From NCBI GenBank assembly GCA_041690105.1, contig JAWLHX010000001.1, positions 14,939-78,938 of the forward strand: a DNA stretch of 64,000 nucleotides. The letters run 5' to 3'. Positions 19,901 through 28,767 of the stretch are shown here, piece by piece (within the stretch, counting starts at the first letter, position 1; each line of letters opens with the position of its first letter). The position numbers were made by a program, and so were the translations under genes. The notes under the pieces were generated by a model. That model saw nothing but the letters and a program-made list of their open reading frames with translations. It was not told the origin of the DNA and did not search any database. This DNA comes from Phycisphaerae bacterium. GTDB taxonomy: Bacteria; Planctomycetota; Phycisphaerae; FEN-1346; JAACEH01.

Positions 19901-22900
19901 ACGATAGGGGCGACCGGCTGAGTTATACTCGGTGCGGCTGAGGATGTACTTGGCTGAGTTGCCGGCCAGAGGACTGGAGAGGACAGCATAGTAGTCCTGG
20001 GTACCGGTGGTCTCGGGGTCAAAGTCGCAATCATACGTATAGAGACTGACGCCGCCGTTAGTGCCATAATTGGCTGAGAACACGGGGCGCTTGGTTTCAG
20101 CGTCGTACCAGGTGGCGGAGTAGCTTACCCTGAATCCACCATCGTCGCGGCGCAACAGGTGGGCCGTGCGCATAAGCTGGCCGCCACTGCCGTTCTGACT
20201 ATCGTCATAGAGGTAGTTCGTTCTTTCATAGACGGTATCGCCAGTGACGGTGGTGGCATCGGCGTAGCTGGAGTCGCTGCTGTCGCCGCAAAGATAGGCA
20301 TCGATTGTGCGGCCAAGGCTGTCGTAGCTGGTTTTGGTGAAAAGGTTGTTTGGATTAGCTACCTTGATAGTTCTGCCTGCGGCATCGTACCAGTAGTTGG
20401 TCTCCAGGTAGTCGGCATTGACAGCGTCAAACGTGCTGCCGCCAACGACGTTATAGGTACGGCTGCGGAAGCGGCGTCCGCGGGCGTCATAGTATTCTTC
20501 CGTGCGGGAAATCATTTTGCCAGTGTCCGGCTGCCAGTCGTTGTCGCCGTCATAGAAGCTTTCTGTTACTGAAACGCGGCCGCCGCCTGTAAACTGCTCG
20601 CTTTGTGCAGAGACGATGTTGTCAGCGCCGACAGACTTCTCCAGCCTGTTTCGCCAATCGTATAGCTTTCTGGTGAGATAGTAGTTGCTGGCATCGTAGT
20701 AGACGCGGGTACTGGTAAGATTGCCATCACCGACGCCCTCCGTTCCACTGCCAGGCACCGATTCGTCGTAGAAATTCTCGGAAACCTTCACCAGGGCCTG
20801 AAGGTCAGTCCCCTGATAGACAGCTCGAGTGCGGCCAAGCGCATCGTAAGCCGTCTGCCGGTAAGTGCCGTCCCAGCCTTTTTCGAGATAGTGACGGCCC
20901 TGAGTATCGTAGTAATAGTATTGTCGATAAAAGTGCGTTCCTTCGACCGGGTCGCCTGTGGCGGGAATGGTGTGGAAGGAGTCGACCGAGGCTACCTGTC
21001 CGCCATCGTTGTAGTTTGTGCGGGTCCAGGCGACATAGTGAGTTCTGTCGTAAGACTCATTGCCGGTAAGGGTTGATCCGAAGGACATATTAGAGGAATC
21101 CAGCGTGATATTGTCGGTCACCTGCCGAAGCATGCCATATTTGGTGACCTGAATGGGGAGTTTGGGTTTTCCATCCGCGCCGATGGCTGGATAGACACGT
21201 GTCTCATTGGCACCGTAGAAAGTCAGTGTCTCAACGCCGGCGGCATCGGTTGATTTAACCATGCGCCCGAGTCGGTCGTATTCAAACTTCTGAGTCCTGT
21301 TAAGTGGGTTTTGAGCAAAACTCCGCTGCACTTCCGTTGGCGCATCGCCGCTCCAGGCGATCCAGAGACCATTGCCGTCACTAGCCACCTCTGCCGGCAT
21401 GTTCGCTGCTGAGGTGGCAACGTCATTGACAACCAGTGCCCTCCGCCCGTTGACAGGGTGGTAGGAATGGTAAGTGACAATGCCCAATGCGTCCTTCACC
21501 CATCGCAGACGTCCCTGCTGATCGTAGTACTCGATTTCAAATTGAGCCACAGTGCCAGGCCCGTTGTGGCTCTCGCTGACATCAGCAAGAACCCTTTTCC
21601 TGGTCTTAAGCTGTTTCTCATCGGCATCCCAGAAAGCATATTCGAAATCTGTCTTTACTGCTGTGCTGCCGCGAGCTTGGGTGTAGAGGGTATCCACGAC
21701 GTAGTCGTATGTAGAGGCCGGCAGACGCGAAGGAGTTGTAAGGCCGTCGCCATAGTCTGTCGAGCGGGTCACGTATTCAGCGCCAGCTTGGCTGCCATTC
21801 CACTCCACTACAGTTGCGTCGATCAGACGCGTGTCAGAGTTATAGTAGTACTTTCTGACGATGCCGGTTGTGCCAGCGGCCGCGCCCAAGGTGTCAACAT
21901 CGTTACTGCCATACTGAGGCTTGAGGAACTTCCTTAAATCCTCAGCCGAAGTTATTCGCGAGTGAGCCGATGGACCCCGTTCTTCAACCACAAGCCCTTC
22001 ACTGTTGAGTATCTTCGACCGGCAATAATACTTCTCCTGGTCGTTGACCCGCACAATTGTTACCTCTCGCAGCGCCACACCGTTGCTATTAAGGCCGTAA
22101 ATTCGTCTGGCTATTTTGGTGTCATCCGCAACAGTTTCAGTGGCTGTCAAGTCTTGAATGGTGAGATAGACTACATTGTTTGGGTCAGTGGTGTCTGCGT
22201 CGCTGTGCTGCAGGTAGAAAAACGTGTGCTTGACTGTTCCATCACTTCCGCCGCACGATCCGCAATTGCTGTGCACAAGTTCGCTCTTCACCATTGGTGG
22301 CACGCGAACTCCAATCTGTGCCCCTTCTGTCAGCGTCACCTCGCCTTCGTCGCGATCATCCGCGCCGTAAAGATTATTTAGGTTTTGACTGCCGCCCCAC
22401 GGTGTGCTGATGTTGGAACCTGTGTCAACATGGTACGAGTAATAGCTGAATTCCTTCAGTACCTGCGAACCGGTAACACCATAAGTTGACTTGGTGACCT
22501 TGGTGAGCTGATACAGGAACATGTATTCGTACTGAATTTGTTCTATTGCCCCTCGAACGATGAAAAAGCTGTCAGTCGCAGTAACAGCACTAGCCAGATC
22601 CGAAAACGTGATCGTCACGTAATCTCCGCTGACCGAAGTACTTGCAATCGTGCGGATAACGCGGTTGTAACTGCTGTAAGGATTAACCATCACCAGCTTC
22701 ATCTGATCGAACTGGCCTGGGACTACACCTGCTGCTTCGAATGTAAGTGACGTCTTGGTGCCATTGGCTGATGCCATCTTCGACACGACCACGTCTTCGC
22801 AACGGGTTACTTTCGCAAGGTCACCACGTGACCCACGGTAGTAAGGATAGCTTGAGGAGTCATCGCAATAATCATAGGCGACGCCATTGACCGGGCCATC

Positions 22901-23917
22901 AGCATTGGAAACAGTAATGCCGACAATCTTGCCGTTCTCTGTGCCGGGATGAAAACGATATTCATAAGTGATGCGGTCGCCATTGTCATTCGAGACTTCC
23001 GTTATGCGGCCATTGGTACCGATTGTGGAATCATACTTGAATTCCAGAAAACGACCATAAGCATTGCGCTTCCACAGCAGCATTCCCTGCTGTGCCCCCC
23101 AATCGTCATGCGATCCTGCAAACTCAAATTTCATCCCGCTGTCTGGATAGTAAAGAACGATTCGATCGAGAATCTTGAAGTTAGCATTGGCAGGAACAGT
23201 CGGCAGCGGTCGGTCAACATGAACGACACTACCTGAATGCGATACAATCACTCTAAGCTCATAACCTGATCCCATGTCAACCTGGAGCACCCTGTCGACC
23301 ACGTCCAGACCCGGATCCACGCTCAAGGTCACTTCAGTGCCGCTGCTGCCAGTGACCGTATCACTGCCTGAGTTGACCCTGGAGCACGTGAAGAACTTCA
23401 TCTCTGCTCTATAGTCATCCGGCGCCTCATACGTGCTGGGGTCCTGAGTCGCAGTGAACGTCCTTTTATGCGTAGCATCTTTTATCAGGGCAATACTGCC
23501 ACTTGAAACCTGCACGCGCTCGGTAAGCATGTTTACTTCCCAGCGCGCTCCTTGAGGGTCAGGCATCCATTGATTACGTGCCTTGAGGTTAATAAGACGA
23601 CTGTTGTAGGTACGCGTATGAGACCATGACATTCCGTCAGTGGATATGCTGGCGTCGGTCTCGGTCTCAATTACAAAACCATCCTGGAGATTCACCGGGT
23701 CCGATGTGGTGGCGCTGGAGGAGGACGCCCCGGCGCCATTATTGCAACCGCCGGGATTACATTCCGGCGTATTGGGTTCTGTTTCATCATAAGGATTCTC
23801 AGCGCAGCCCTGGGCATTCACCGTCCCCGCCGCCACAGACATGACGATAACAGCTGCCAGCGTCAGAAGAATGGCCGCACTCAAACTCTTAGCAGAATCC
23901 GCGTGGAGATGCTTCAT
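16940..23917 (-). CDS. rhs: RHS/YD-repeat polymorphic toxin with Sec signal peptide and C-terminal zinc-dependent phospholipase C-like tip
   Basis: Start MKHLHADSAKSLSAAILLTLAAVIVMSVAAGTVNA with an AAGGA ribosome-binding site. The 7068-nt ORF extends to 24007, but that N-terminal extension is probably not translated. Dozens of YD repeats (YxYDxxGR/N), then the RHS core end ...HAVDPLGL. The ~290-aa tip carries THKQL, LHVLQDSYSHEGW and GQWKWKDHP, resembling PC-PLC motifs (EDKHKEG, LHYLGDVNQPMH, GYWNWKG). Confidence 0.85.
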   Translation of the reverse strand: MKHLHADSAKSLSAAILLTLAAVIVMSVAAGTVNAQGCAENPYDETEPNTPECNPGGCNNGAGASSSSATTSDPVNLQDGFVIETETDASISTDGMSWSHTRTYNSRLINLKARNQWMPDPQGARWEVNMLTERVQVSSGSIALIKDATHKRTFTATQDPSTYEAPDDYRAEMKFFTCSRVNSGSDTVTGSSGTEVTLSVDPGLDVVDRVLQVDMGSGYELRVIVSHSGSVVHVDRPLPTVPANANFKILDRIVLYYPDSGMKFEFAGSHDDWGAQQGMLLWKRNAYGRFLEFKYDSTIGTNGRITEVSNDNGDRITYEYRFHPGTENGKIVGITVSNADGPVNGVAYDYCDDSSSYPYYRGSRGDLAKVTRCEDVVVSKMASANGTKTSLTFEAAGVVPGQFDQMKLVMVNPYSSYNRVIRTIASTSVSGDYVTITFSDLASAVTATDSFFIVRGAIEQIQYEYMFLYQLTKVTKSTYGVTGSQVLKEFSYYSYHVDTGSNISTPWGGSQNLNNLYGADDRDEGEVTLTEGAQIGVRVPPMVKSELVHSNCGSCGGSDGTVKHTFFYLQHSDADTTDPNNVVYLTIQDLTATETVADDTKIARRIYGLNSNGVALREVTIVRVNDQEKYYCRSKILNSEGLVVEERGPSAHSRITSAEDLRKFLKPQYGSNDVDTLGAAAGTTGIVRKYYYNSDTRLIDATVVEWNGSQAGAEYVTRSTDYGDGLTTPSRLPASTYDYVVDTLYTQARGSTAVKTDFEYAFWDADEKQLKTRKRVLADVSESHNGPGTVAQFEIEYYDQQGRLRWVKDALGIVTYHSYHPVNGRRALVVNDVATSAANMPAEVASDGNGLWIAWSGDAPTEVQRSFAQNPLNRTQKFEYDRLGRMVKSTDAAGVETLTFYGANETRVYPAIGADGKPKLPIQVTKYGMLRQVTDNITLDSSNMSFGSTLTGNESYDRTHYVAWTRTNYNDGGQVASVDSFHTIPATGDPVEGTHFYRQYYYYDTQGRHYLEKGWDGTYRQTAYDALGRTRAVYQGTDLQALVKVSENFYDESVPGSGTEGVGDGNLTSTRVYYDASNYYLTRKLYDWRNRLEKSVGADNIVSAQSEQFTGGGRVSVTESFYDGDNDWQPDTGKMISRTEEYYDARGRRFRSRTYNVVGGSTFDAVNADYLETNYWYDAAGRTIKVANPNNLFTKTSYDSLGRTIDAYLCGDSSDSSYADATTVTGDTVYERTNYLYDDSQNGSGGQLMRTAHLLRRDDGGFRVSYSATWYDAETKRPVFSANYGTNGGVSLYTYDCDFDPETTGTQDYYAVLSSPLAGNSAKYILSRTEYNSAGRPYRSIDNVGRVTEATYDALGRTAQVVEDKGTDPANINRTTRYEYDSKGRLATLIAVNVIDGTTTVDQKTRYVYDCGHDASLPTAVIYPDSQSTFIQDPGTKIWSLDPLSSHDHVSFNYDYVGRRTKVTDQLQVVHNYGYDSAGRLITDSTNGLDDPSFPASVDDRVLRIEMSYDDFGRTTHVTSYNAATAGNIVDQIHYTYNNDDWGALSESRQEHIGAVDVNSSPKVGYLYETAGDGPLASASNSARYSRLKDVVYPGPATARSVRYIYNSSLPGNDRLEKIIRPMSSFQYANYTAGDLVGQVGYGTPVYFFYGYDTQTNTYVHGDIGWGGNYPAWDDFNRTVQVRWSGSGSYDSFNYGYDNAGNRFWRQVAVSGQGDKSEFYTYDRLNRLVSAERGTLVGTSPNFTGVTGKNRAHDWTLDHLGNWTEFQQDDDGLGWDLQQQRGHNEVNEVTSITGGSWVVPVYDAAGNMTQGPKTVSPQNGQTLVYDAWNRLVRVEEEIGETLVPVAEYHYDGLLRRTAKLVRHDDGQQVTWTRTDYYYNENWQVLEERRLKGLASLDAARSAVVDLPSTPDPNYWGCQYVWDSRYIDSLISREEDTNGDGDCLDSSGSRRLIYLQDANYNVTSLVTMVNGSYQVDERYLYDAYGQVTVLDGNWTPRVGNTSAYDNEILYCGYRFDPETGRYHVRHRYYDPLLGRWVTRDPCIRDTAGSYYQTVLGQPIHAVDPLGLYEEYTHKQLTADIASNPISGLRLQDADRIAAADQGADDWLHQASTQAIVSVLTSGLFGRDYQLHFPGARQPDMWYLIFGDHSASNYVYPGFLNDVVVQMVYDAVESCDADRLGTSLHVLQDSYSHEGWPERGFHPEFFDPNVGAIDNPGDPRGQWKWKDHPKAFQDQDGERRIGLHEGINDKIGFKQFMMDSVAPQWKRRVWRIEDEKNRGPTALDNPLLDNSRHQKAMDDTRMVMAEFRRHCCQQQDDGSWKTVGAQP

Positions 23918-23973
23918 ATTAATGTTCCTTACCAGTAGCCCAATAAGATGTCCATTTCCCGGCCATATCTTTC

Positions 23974-26457
23974 TCAACGTAGATTCTTCAGCTTTTCCTG
24001 ACGCCATTTGATGCGCTCCGCCAGATGCTGCCTCTGCTCCTCCTCAAGCCTTGAACGCCATTGCTCAATTTGTTCCACAGCAGTCGCCGCTGAAAATTGC
24101 GGAGAGATGCTTTCCAGCATCGAAAGCCCCTCCTCGTAACGGTTAGTCAAAGAAAAGCCTTCAACAAGTTCGCTCAGCACAAGAAGACGACAGCTTTCAG
24201 ACTGACTGATCGCCAATGCCTCGTCCAGGTGCTGCTTGCCGTCCAGCGGCAGGCGTTCCTTGCCGATGTTCCGAATGCTTGCTGAATAGGCCTTCACCAT
24301 AAGCCATTTTGCTTTAGCGTCGCCGTTGGCGGCTTTAACATGCTCGTCAATCTGTTCCTCCCAGTGCTTCTCCTTGAGCAATTTTCGGTAGGACCAGGTC
24401 AGAATGTTTGCCACCTCAATCCGCACGTGCCCTTGCTCGTCATGCAGGAGTTCTTCAAACATCTGCTGTGTTTCAGGGGTCCCGAGGCCGCGAGCGATTA
24501 TGTTGTGCGTCCGCCAATCAGTCATCGGCAGCTTGCCCTCCACCGCCAGACGCCGCATCACTTGAACGTATCCTTCGTACCCGCGTCCCGGGCCAATCAG
24601 CTCCGCCTGCCGCAGCAGAATCCCAATACGCCTCAATACTGCCATGTCCGCGGCAGCTCTCATTTCCTCAGTCCCAAGAGCCAGGCCATAGGCACGTTCA
24701 GTCCATCTCTTACCGCGCTCTTTATCCCCGCTGGCTATCCAGGCTTCAGCCACGCCACAAGTCGACTGCCACGAAAGCTTCCCCTCCTGGAAGGCCTTGT
24801 CCCACTGAGGCTCGAACTGCAGCAGAAGATCACGCGATGCATCTCCACTGGCGGCAGCCACAGTCGCCAAGGATGTCGTCACCTCCGCACTGTCGCCTTC
24901 GGCAGTTCCAGCTACAGCGCCGATTTTCAACGCTTCGCCCGAACTCAGCACGGAAAGAGCCGCCGCCAAATCCTTCAGTTGTGCCGGTGTTAGAGAAGAC
25001 TTCACCCCCTCGTTCTCAAGATAATTTGCAGTCAAGCTGCGAGCCCATCGCTCACGCTGCTCAATAGGCAGCTCAGGGCCAACGAGAGTTGCCAAAAATC
25101 GCCAGTTGGAAACCCCTGCCTTAATGGTGGTCTCCGGATCCGATAGCGGCACCTCAACCAGGTGAGCGCCAAGTTTCGCCAGAGAACTTCTGGAAGCAGG
25201 TGGCTTGTTCAGCTGGCGCGCCAGCCAGAGCATATCCTGCACAGTCCAGGATCTCCAACCGTCCTGCTTATCGACCATTTCCGCAAGAACCGAAGGGAAG
25301 CTTGTTTCGGAAACCGCTGCAAGTGAAAGCTCCAGTGCCCGCACATCCCCGGTTGGCATCTCTGCGAGACGCCCAGTATCTGCTGCAAAAGTTGCCTTCA
25401 GAACCGCCGCCACGCGATTCTTCTGCAACTCATCAAGGTCGGCCCGACACACTTTCAGTACCGACTGCCATTGTCTGGGAGTCAACAGCTGCGCCTTGTC
25501 GGCATCAGCGCCGTATACATCAATCGCGTAAGTCATGGCCTTTTGGTACGCTCCCGCCCCGTTCTCACCAACCTTCTGAAGGTCGCTCAGCAGACCACCA
25601 AGATATGCCACTCCAACAGTTTCAAGTTTTCCGCCGCTGTTTATCCACACAGCAGGAACGTCTAAGGCCTGCTTGTGACCGAGCCCTCGCAGGCTGCTGC
25701 CAATGCTCATCATCCCCGCGCCATCCATTAAAGCGCATGCCTGCGGATCAGCAAGGTATGCCGCCCAAATACGTTCAGCCAGAGACGACTTGGATTCAGC
25801 ACCTATTTCACTATTTAAGTCGCGGACGTAAGAGGAGATGATCTGTGGCTTGACCTTGCGAACAGACTCAGCATCCTTCAGTATCACTTTGTCGATCTTA
25901 TCCACCAGCCGCTTGCGACCAGCCTGCTGAAGTTGACTTGATCCCTTAATGCGACTGGCAACCGTAGAGATGCCTCCAGAGCTGAAACTATCAACCATTG
26001 CAGACTGACTCGCCCACTTGCCCAGCACATCGGCCGACCCGGCATCTCCCAGCGAACTCAATGACTGCCCGAGAGCCAGTGCCTCATTACCGTCGAGTGC
26101 AAGCAATGTGTCATCGTTCACAAAGGCCGCTTTCAGAGCGGTAAGCCAGCGGCTGCGACTATCTTGAGTAAAATCTTGCTGGAACGACTTCACCAGAGAT
26201 GACCACTGCCGCGGTGAGATCTCGCGAGTACGGGCCGCAGAGGAGAAATACTGCTCGGAAATATAACCTTCCAGCAGCTGACGCTGCTCCTCAGCGGACT
26301 TGCCTTGGGCGGCCAGATCCTGCGCCAGCTTAACCAGCTCACTGCTCTCCATCGCCTGCCATTCAGCCGGAACCTCGGCAGACGCATTTTGGCCCAAAGC
26401 CAGTCCCCCCAGGAATACTACCAGTGTCATGATTGCTGAAAGCTTTCGGCCTGGCAT
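23974..26457 (-). CDS. Large secreted alpha-helical repeat protein upstream of rhs
   Basis: ATG at 26457 after AAGGAG. Signal peptide MPGRKLSAIMTLVVFLGGLALGQNASA. Low-complexity helical repeats. It ends ~56 nt before the rhs start. Confidence 0.6.
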   Translation of the reverse strand: MPGRKLSAIMTLVVFLGGLALGQNASAEVPAEWQAMESSELVKLAQDLAAQGKSAEEQRQLLEGYISEQYFSSAARTREISPRQWSSLVKSFQQDFTQDSRSRWLTALKAAFVNDDTLLALDGNEALALGQSLSSLGDAGSADVLGKWASQSAMVDSFSSGGISTVASRIKGSSQLQQAGRKRLVDKIDKVILKDAESVRKVKPQIISSYVRDLNSEIGAESKSSLAERIWAAYLADPQACALMDGAGMMSIGSSLRGLGHKQALDVPAVWINSGGKLETVGVAYLGGLLSDLQKVGENGAGAYQKAMTYAIDVYGADADKAQLLTPRQWQSVLKVCRADLDELQKNRVAAVLKATFAADTGRLAEMPTGDVRALELSLAAVSETSFPSVLAEMVDKQDGWRSWTVQDMLWLARQLNKPPASRSSLAKLGAHLVEVPLSDPETTIKAGVSNWRFLATLVGPELPIEQRERWARSLTANYLENEGVKSSLTPAQLKDLAAALSVLSSGEALKIGAVAGTAEGDSAEVTTSLATVAAASGDASRDLLLQFEPQWDKAFQEGKLSWQSTCGVAEAWIASGDKERGKRWTERAYGLALGTEEMRAAADMAVLRRIGILLRQAELIGPGRGYEGYVQVMRRLAVEGKLPMTDWRTHNIIARGLGTPETQQMFEELLHDEQGHVRIEVANILTWSYRKLLKEKHWEEQIDEHVKAANGDAKAKWLMVKAYSASIRNIGKERLPLDGKQHLDEALAISQSESCRLLVLSELVEGFSLTNRYEEGLSMLESISPQFSAATAVEQIEQWRSRLEEEQRQHLAERIKWRQEKLKNLR

Positions 26458-26892
26458 GTTCTTAGTCTCCTTAGCCATATCAACGACGGACGTGGATTGT
26501 GTCTGTTGCCCCAAATTCTGCATGGACAATACATGCACTTCTTGAAATTGTCAATATAGAGTCTTCCCCTTTTATTAAGTTTTACTATCCTCTGTTGCCA
26601 ACTGTTACAGCGCACTCCTGATGCAACAACCAAGCACATGACTAGGGGCATGATTACCTTAAGAAGTTTCTGTTCCGCGCCTTAAAGATGATCGGCAGCC
26701 GAATTAGCCTTGATATTCATCTCTAATAGCATTATCCTCACACCCACTCGACTGGCCACTGGAGAATCCTGGTAATCGGGTAGAGTCGAGATCTGGCGCG
26801 GCGGTGTAGGCAGGGCATATCTGTTACCGGCCCTTTCGGTTGCCGGTGCCTCACTATCTCTGCCGTGCTCCGTTTCCAGTATCCCGCTCACC

Positions 26893-26925
26893 GAACCGGA
26901 CGCGCGGTTTTCCCGCATCCGGCTC
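26893..26925 (-). ncRNA. Group II intron domain V
   Basis: Near-consensus 33-nt hairpin gagccggaugcgg-gaaa-accgcgcguccgguuc. Confidence 0.75.
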
Positions 26926-27133
26926 TCGGACAAGGCCCGACGCCCTTCGCTCACGAGTCGCTGACAGGCCGCGCCTGGAGCCGAAAGAGCCCCAGTTCTT
27001 GATAGAGGTACTCGTCCGGGTATCGTGAGGCCCCAATCGGCTCGCCCTGCGGCGTGCCGCGTCCTTGGTCCTTGTTACGGGTCGTTCGCTGCTTCCGTCC
27101 ATGGTTGTCCGTTTCTTCCACCGGTACCCGTAG

Positions 27134-27667
27134 TCACATCTTGACAAGCTTGAGAACCTGCCGGTCGCTGATGCGGCGGGTCACGGAGGTCATCAGTTCA
27201 CCGTGGGGGATGCTGTCGAAGTAACCGCTCAAGTCTGCGTCCACCACCTCCCTGTGCCAGCCATCGAGCAACGTCATGACCTGTCTAATAGCATCATGAG
27301 CGTTACGTCCGGGTCGGTAGGCATACTGCTCCGGCGGCAGGTCCGTCTCGAAGATCGGCCCCAAGACCAGCACTGCCGCCATCTGCACGACGCGATCACG
27401 GACCGTCGGGATACCCAAGGGCCGTTGCTTGCCGTCCGGTTTGGGAATGTAAACCCGCCGGACAGCCTGCGGACGATATTCCTTCTTCCTGAGTTCCTCC
27501 GTCAGTTCACCCAGCCACCGTTCCACCCCGTACAGTTCGATCCCGTGGAAGTCCTGGCCGCCCACCCCCGCCGCACCGCCGTTACCCGGCTTCGTCGGTA
27601 CTACGGGGCCTCTCCGCCACCCCAAGCAGCCTGGCCTGTCCCTCGCGGGTCGCCAGTTGAAGGTCAC
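27134..27667 (-). pseudogene. Group II intron reverse transcriptase/maturase, truncated
   Basis: Encodes only RT motifs 0-4: [34 protein letters not shown] ... [13 protein letters not shown] ... [15 protein letters not shown] ... RQVLKLVKM, then stop. No YADD. Immediately after the stop the same frame reads ...PDEYLYQELGLFRL, resembling the extreme C-terminus of IEPs, so this is an in-frame internal deletion. Confidence 0.8.
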
Positions 27668-28124
27668 GCGCCTTCACCGCTTCGGGTTTCCCGTGTTGCG
27701 TTCGATCTCCTCTGTCGGCATGCCGTCGCCACTACCCCGGCGGGATCGTCAGGTTCTATCGCTCATTCTTCGCCTGACGACGGCGGCCTTCCCCGTTACA
27801 CGGCCGGGTCGGCTCCCGCATTGTCCTTTTCGAGGCCTGCTCAGCGTTCACTCACGTTACGGCCTGTCGACTTGCCGAGTCGCCCAAGGCGACCCTTTAC
27901 ATCAGAGGTTTCGGCAATTTCGTTACCTCCATTGCCGCTCCGATTGCTACCGGCTGGAGCGATCAGTTGCCGGGCGGGATTGGCCCGCTGGAGCTCGACA
28001 CCTTTTCACGGCACACCATGTAAAACGGACCCGCCTAGGGAGGATAATCGGCGTATAATTTGGGCCCACCCCAGCGGCCTCCGATCTGGTATGCATTACG
28101 CACACCAGATGAAGGAGGCAGAGG

Positions 28125-28271
28125 ATGCTGACGGTGGACGATTTTGGACAGATTCGCAGGGCGCACCGCGATGGCATGAGTATTTGGGCCAGCCGGAAGG
28201 AGATGGGCGTCCATGGAAAAGCAAGATGGAGTATGTCCTTTCTTGTTCCCTTAACTCTCTTGCAGGCCTGA
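28125..28271 (+). pseudogene. IS21-family istA N-terminal remnant
   Basis: GAAGGAGG then ATG 28125: MLTVDDFGQIRRAHRDGMSIWASRKEMGV..., similar to the IstA N-terminus (MLT.E.w..IRRl...G.S....AR.LG.). It then degenerates and terminates. Confidence 0.45.
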
Positions 28272-28767
28272 TGTATGTGGAAAGTCTTATTGGCTGCAAC
28301 AGAATGGTGGGGCAAACGGCGCTGTAATTAAACTCCTCTAAAAGAGGCATCTTATGCGCAACCGCTTATCACAGAAGGTGTTAGATAAGACGCACCCAGC
28401 GCTGAAGATGTTCCGCGAGTCGGCAGTGTTAAGTAAATATCAGGTATAAAAAATAGCGCATATGAGGGGGCAAAATCGCTGTAACTCAAATGCTCTAAAG
28501 AGAATCACCTGCTAGCCGGCCCAACAGCCTATTACAGTCACGGGATGGGTTACTTCAGTGCTGGGCTCTCGAGCAGAGTCGAAAACGGCCGCAGTAAACC
28601 GTCAGCCTCTTCGTCGCCTCGTAGATAATCACTCCGGTTCCAAGCCTGAAGGTCGTCGCGGAGCCTTCGCGCACATGGCGCTACACACGATGGGAGGCGG
28701 TTTTCAGCGTTTCTCACGGTTTTCCCGAGAAACAGAGGCTGTCCGGTTACATCGCGCTACACACGCG

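Larger units (their letters stand above)
26830..28103 (-). mobile_element. Group II intron remnant (domains I-III, truncated IEP ORF, domain V/VI); 3' boundary approximate
   Basis: 5' GUGCG at 28103..28099 on the minus strand. An RT-domain ORF lies 430 nt downstream. Domain V GAGCCGGAUGCGGGAAAACCGCGCGUCCGGUUC is at 26925..26893. The whole element is about 1.3 kb instead of 2-2.5 kb. Confidence 0.7.

Noticed and set aside
17696-22381. Several 85-385-aa plus-strand ORFs inside the rhs gene (e.g. 17696..18853, 18935..19582)
   Set aside because: They are antisense to a 7-kb ORF with unmistakable YD-repeat coding signal. Such ORFs are expected by chance at 60% GC.
27203-28327. 374-aa plus-strand ORF
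   Set aside because: It lies antisense to the group II intron RNA domains and RT ORF. The composition is a typical high-GC spurious frame (Pro/Arg/Ser-rich) and there is no ribosome-binding site.
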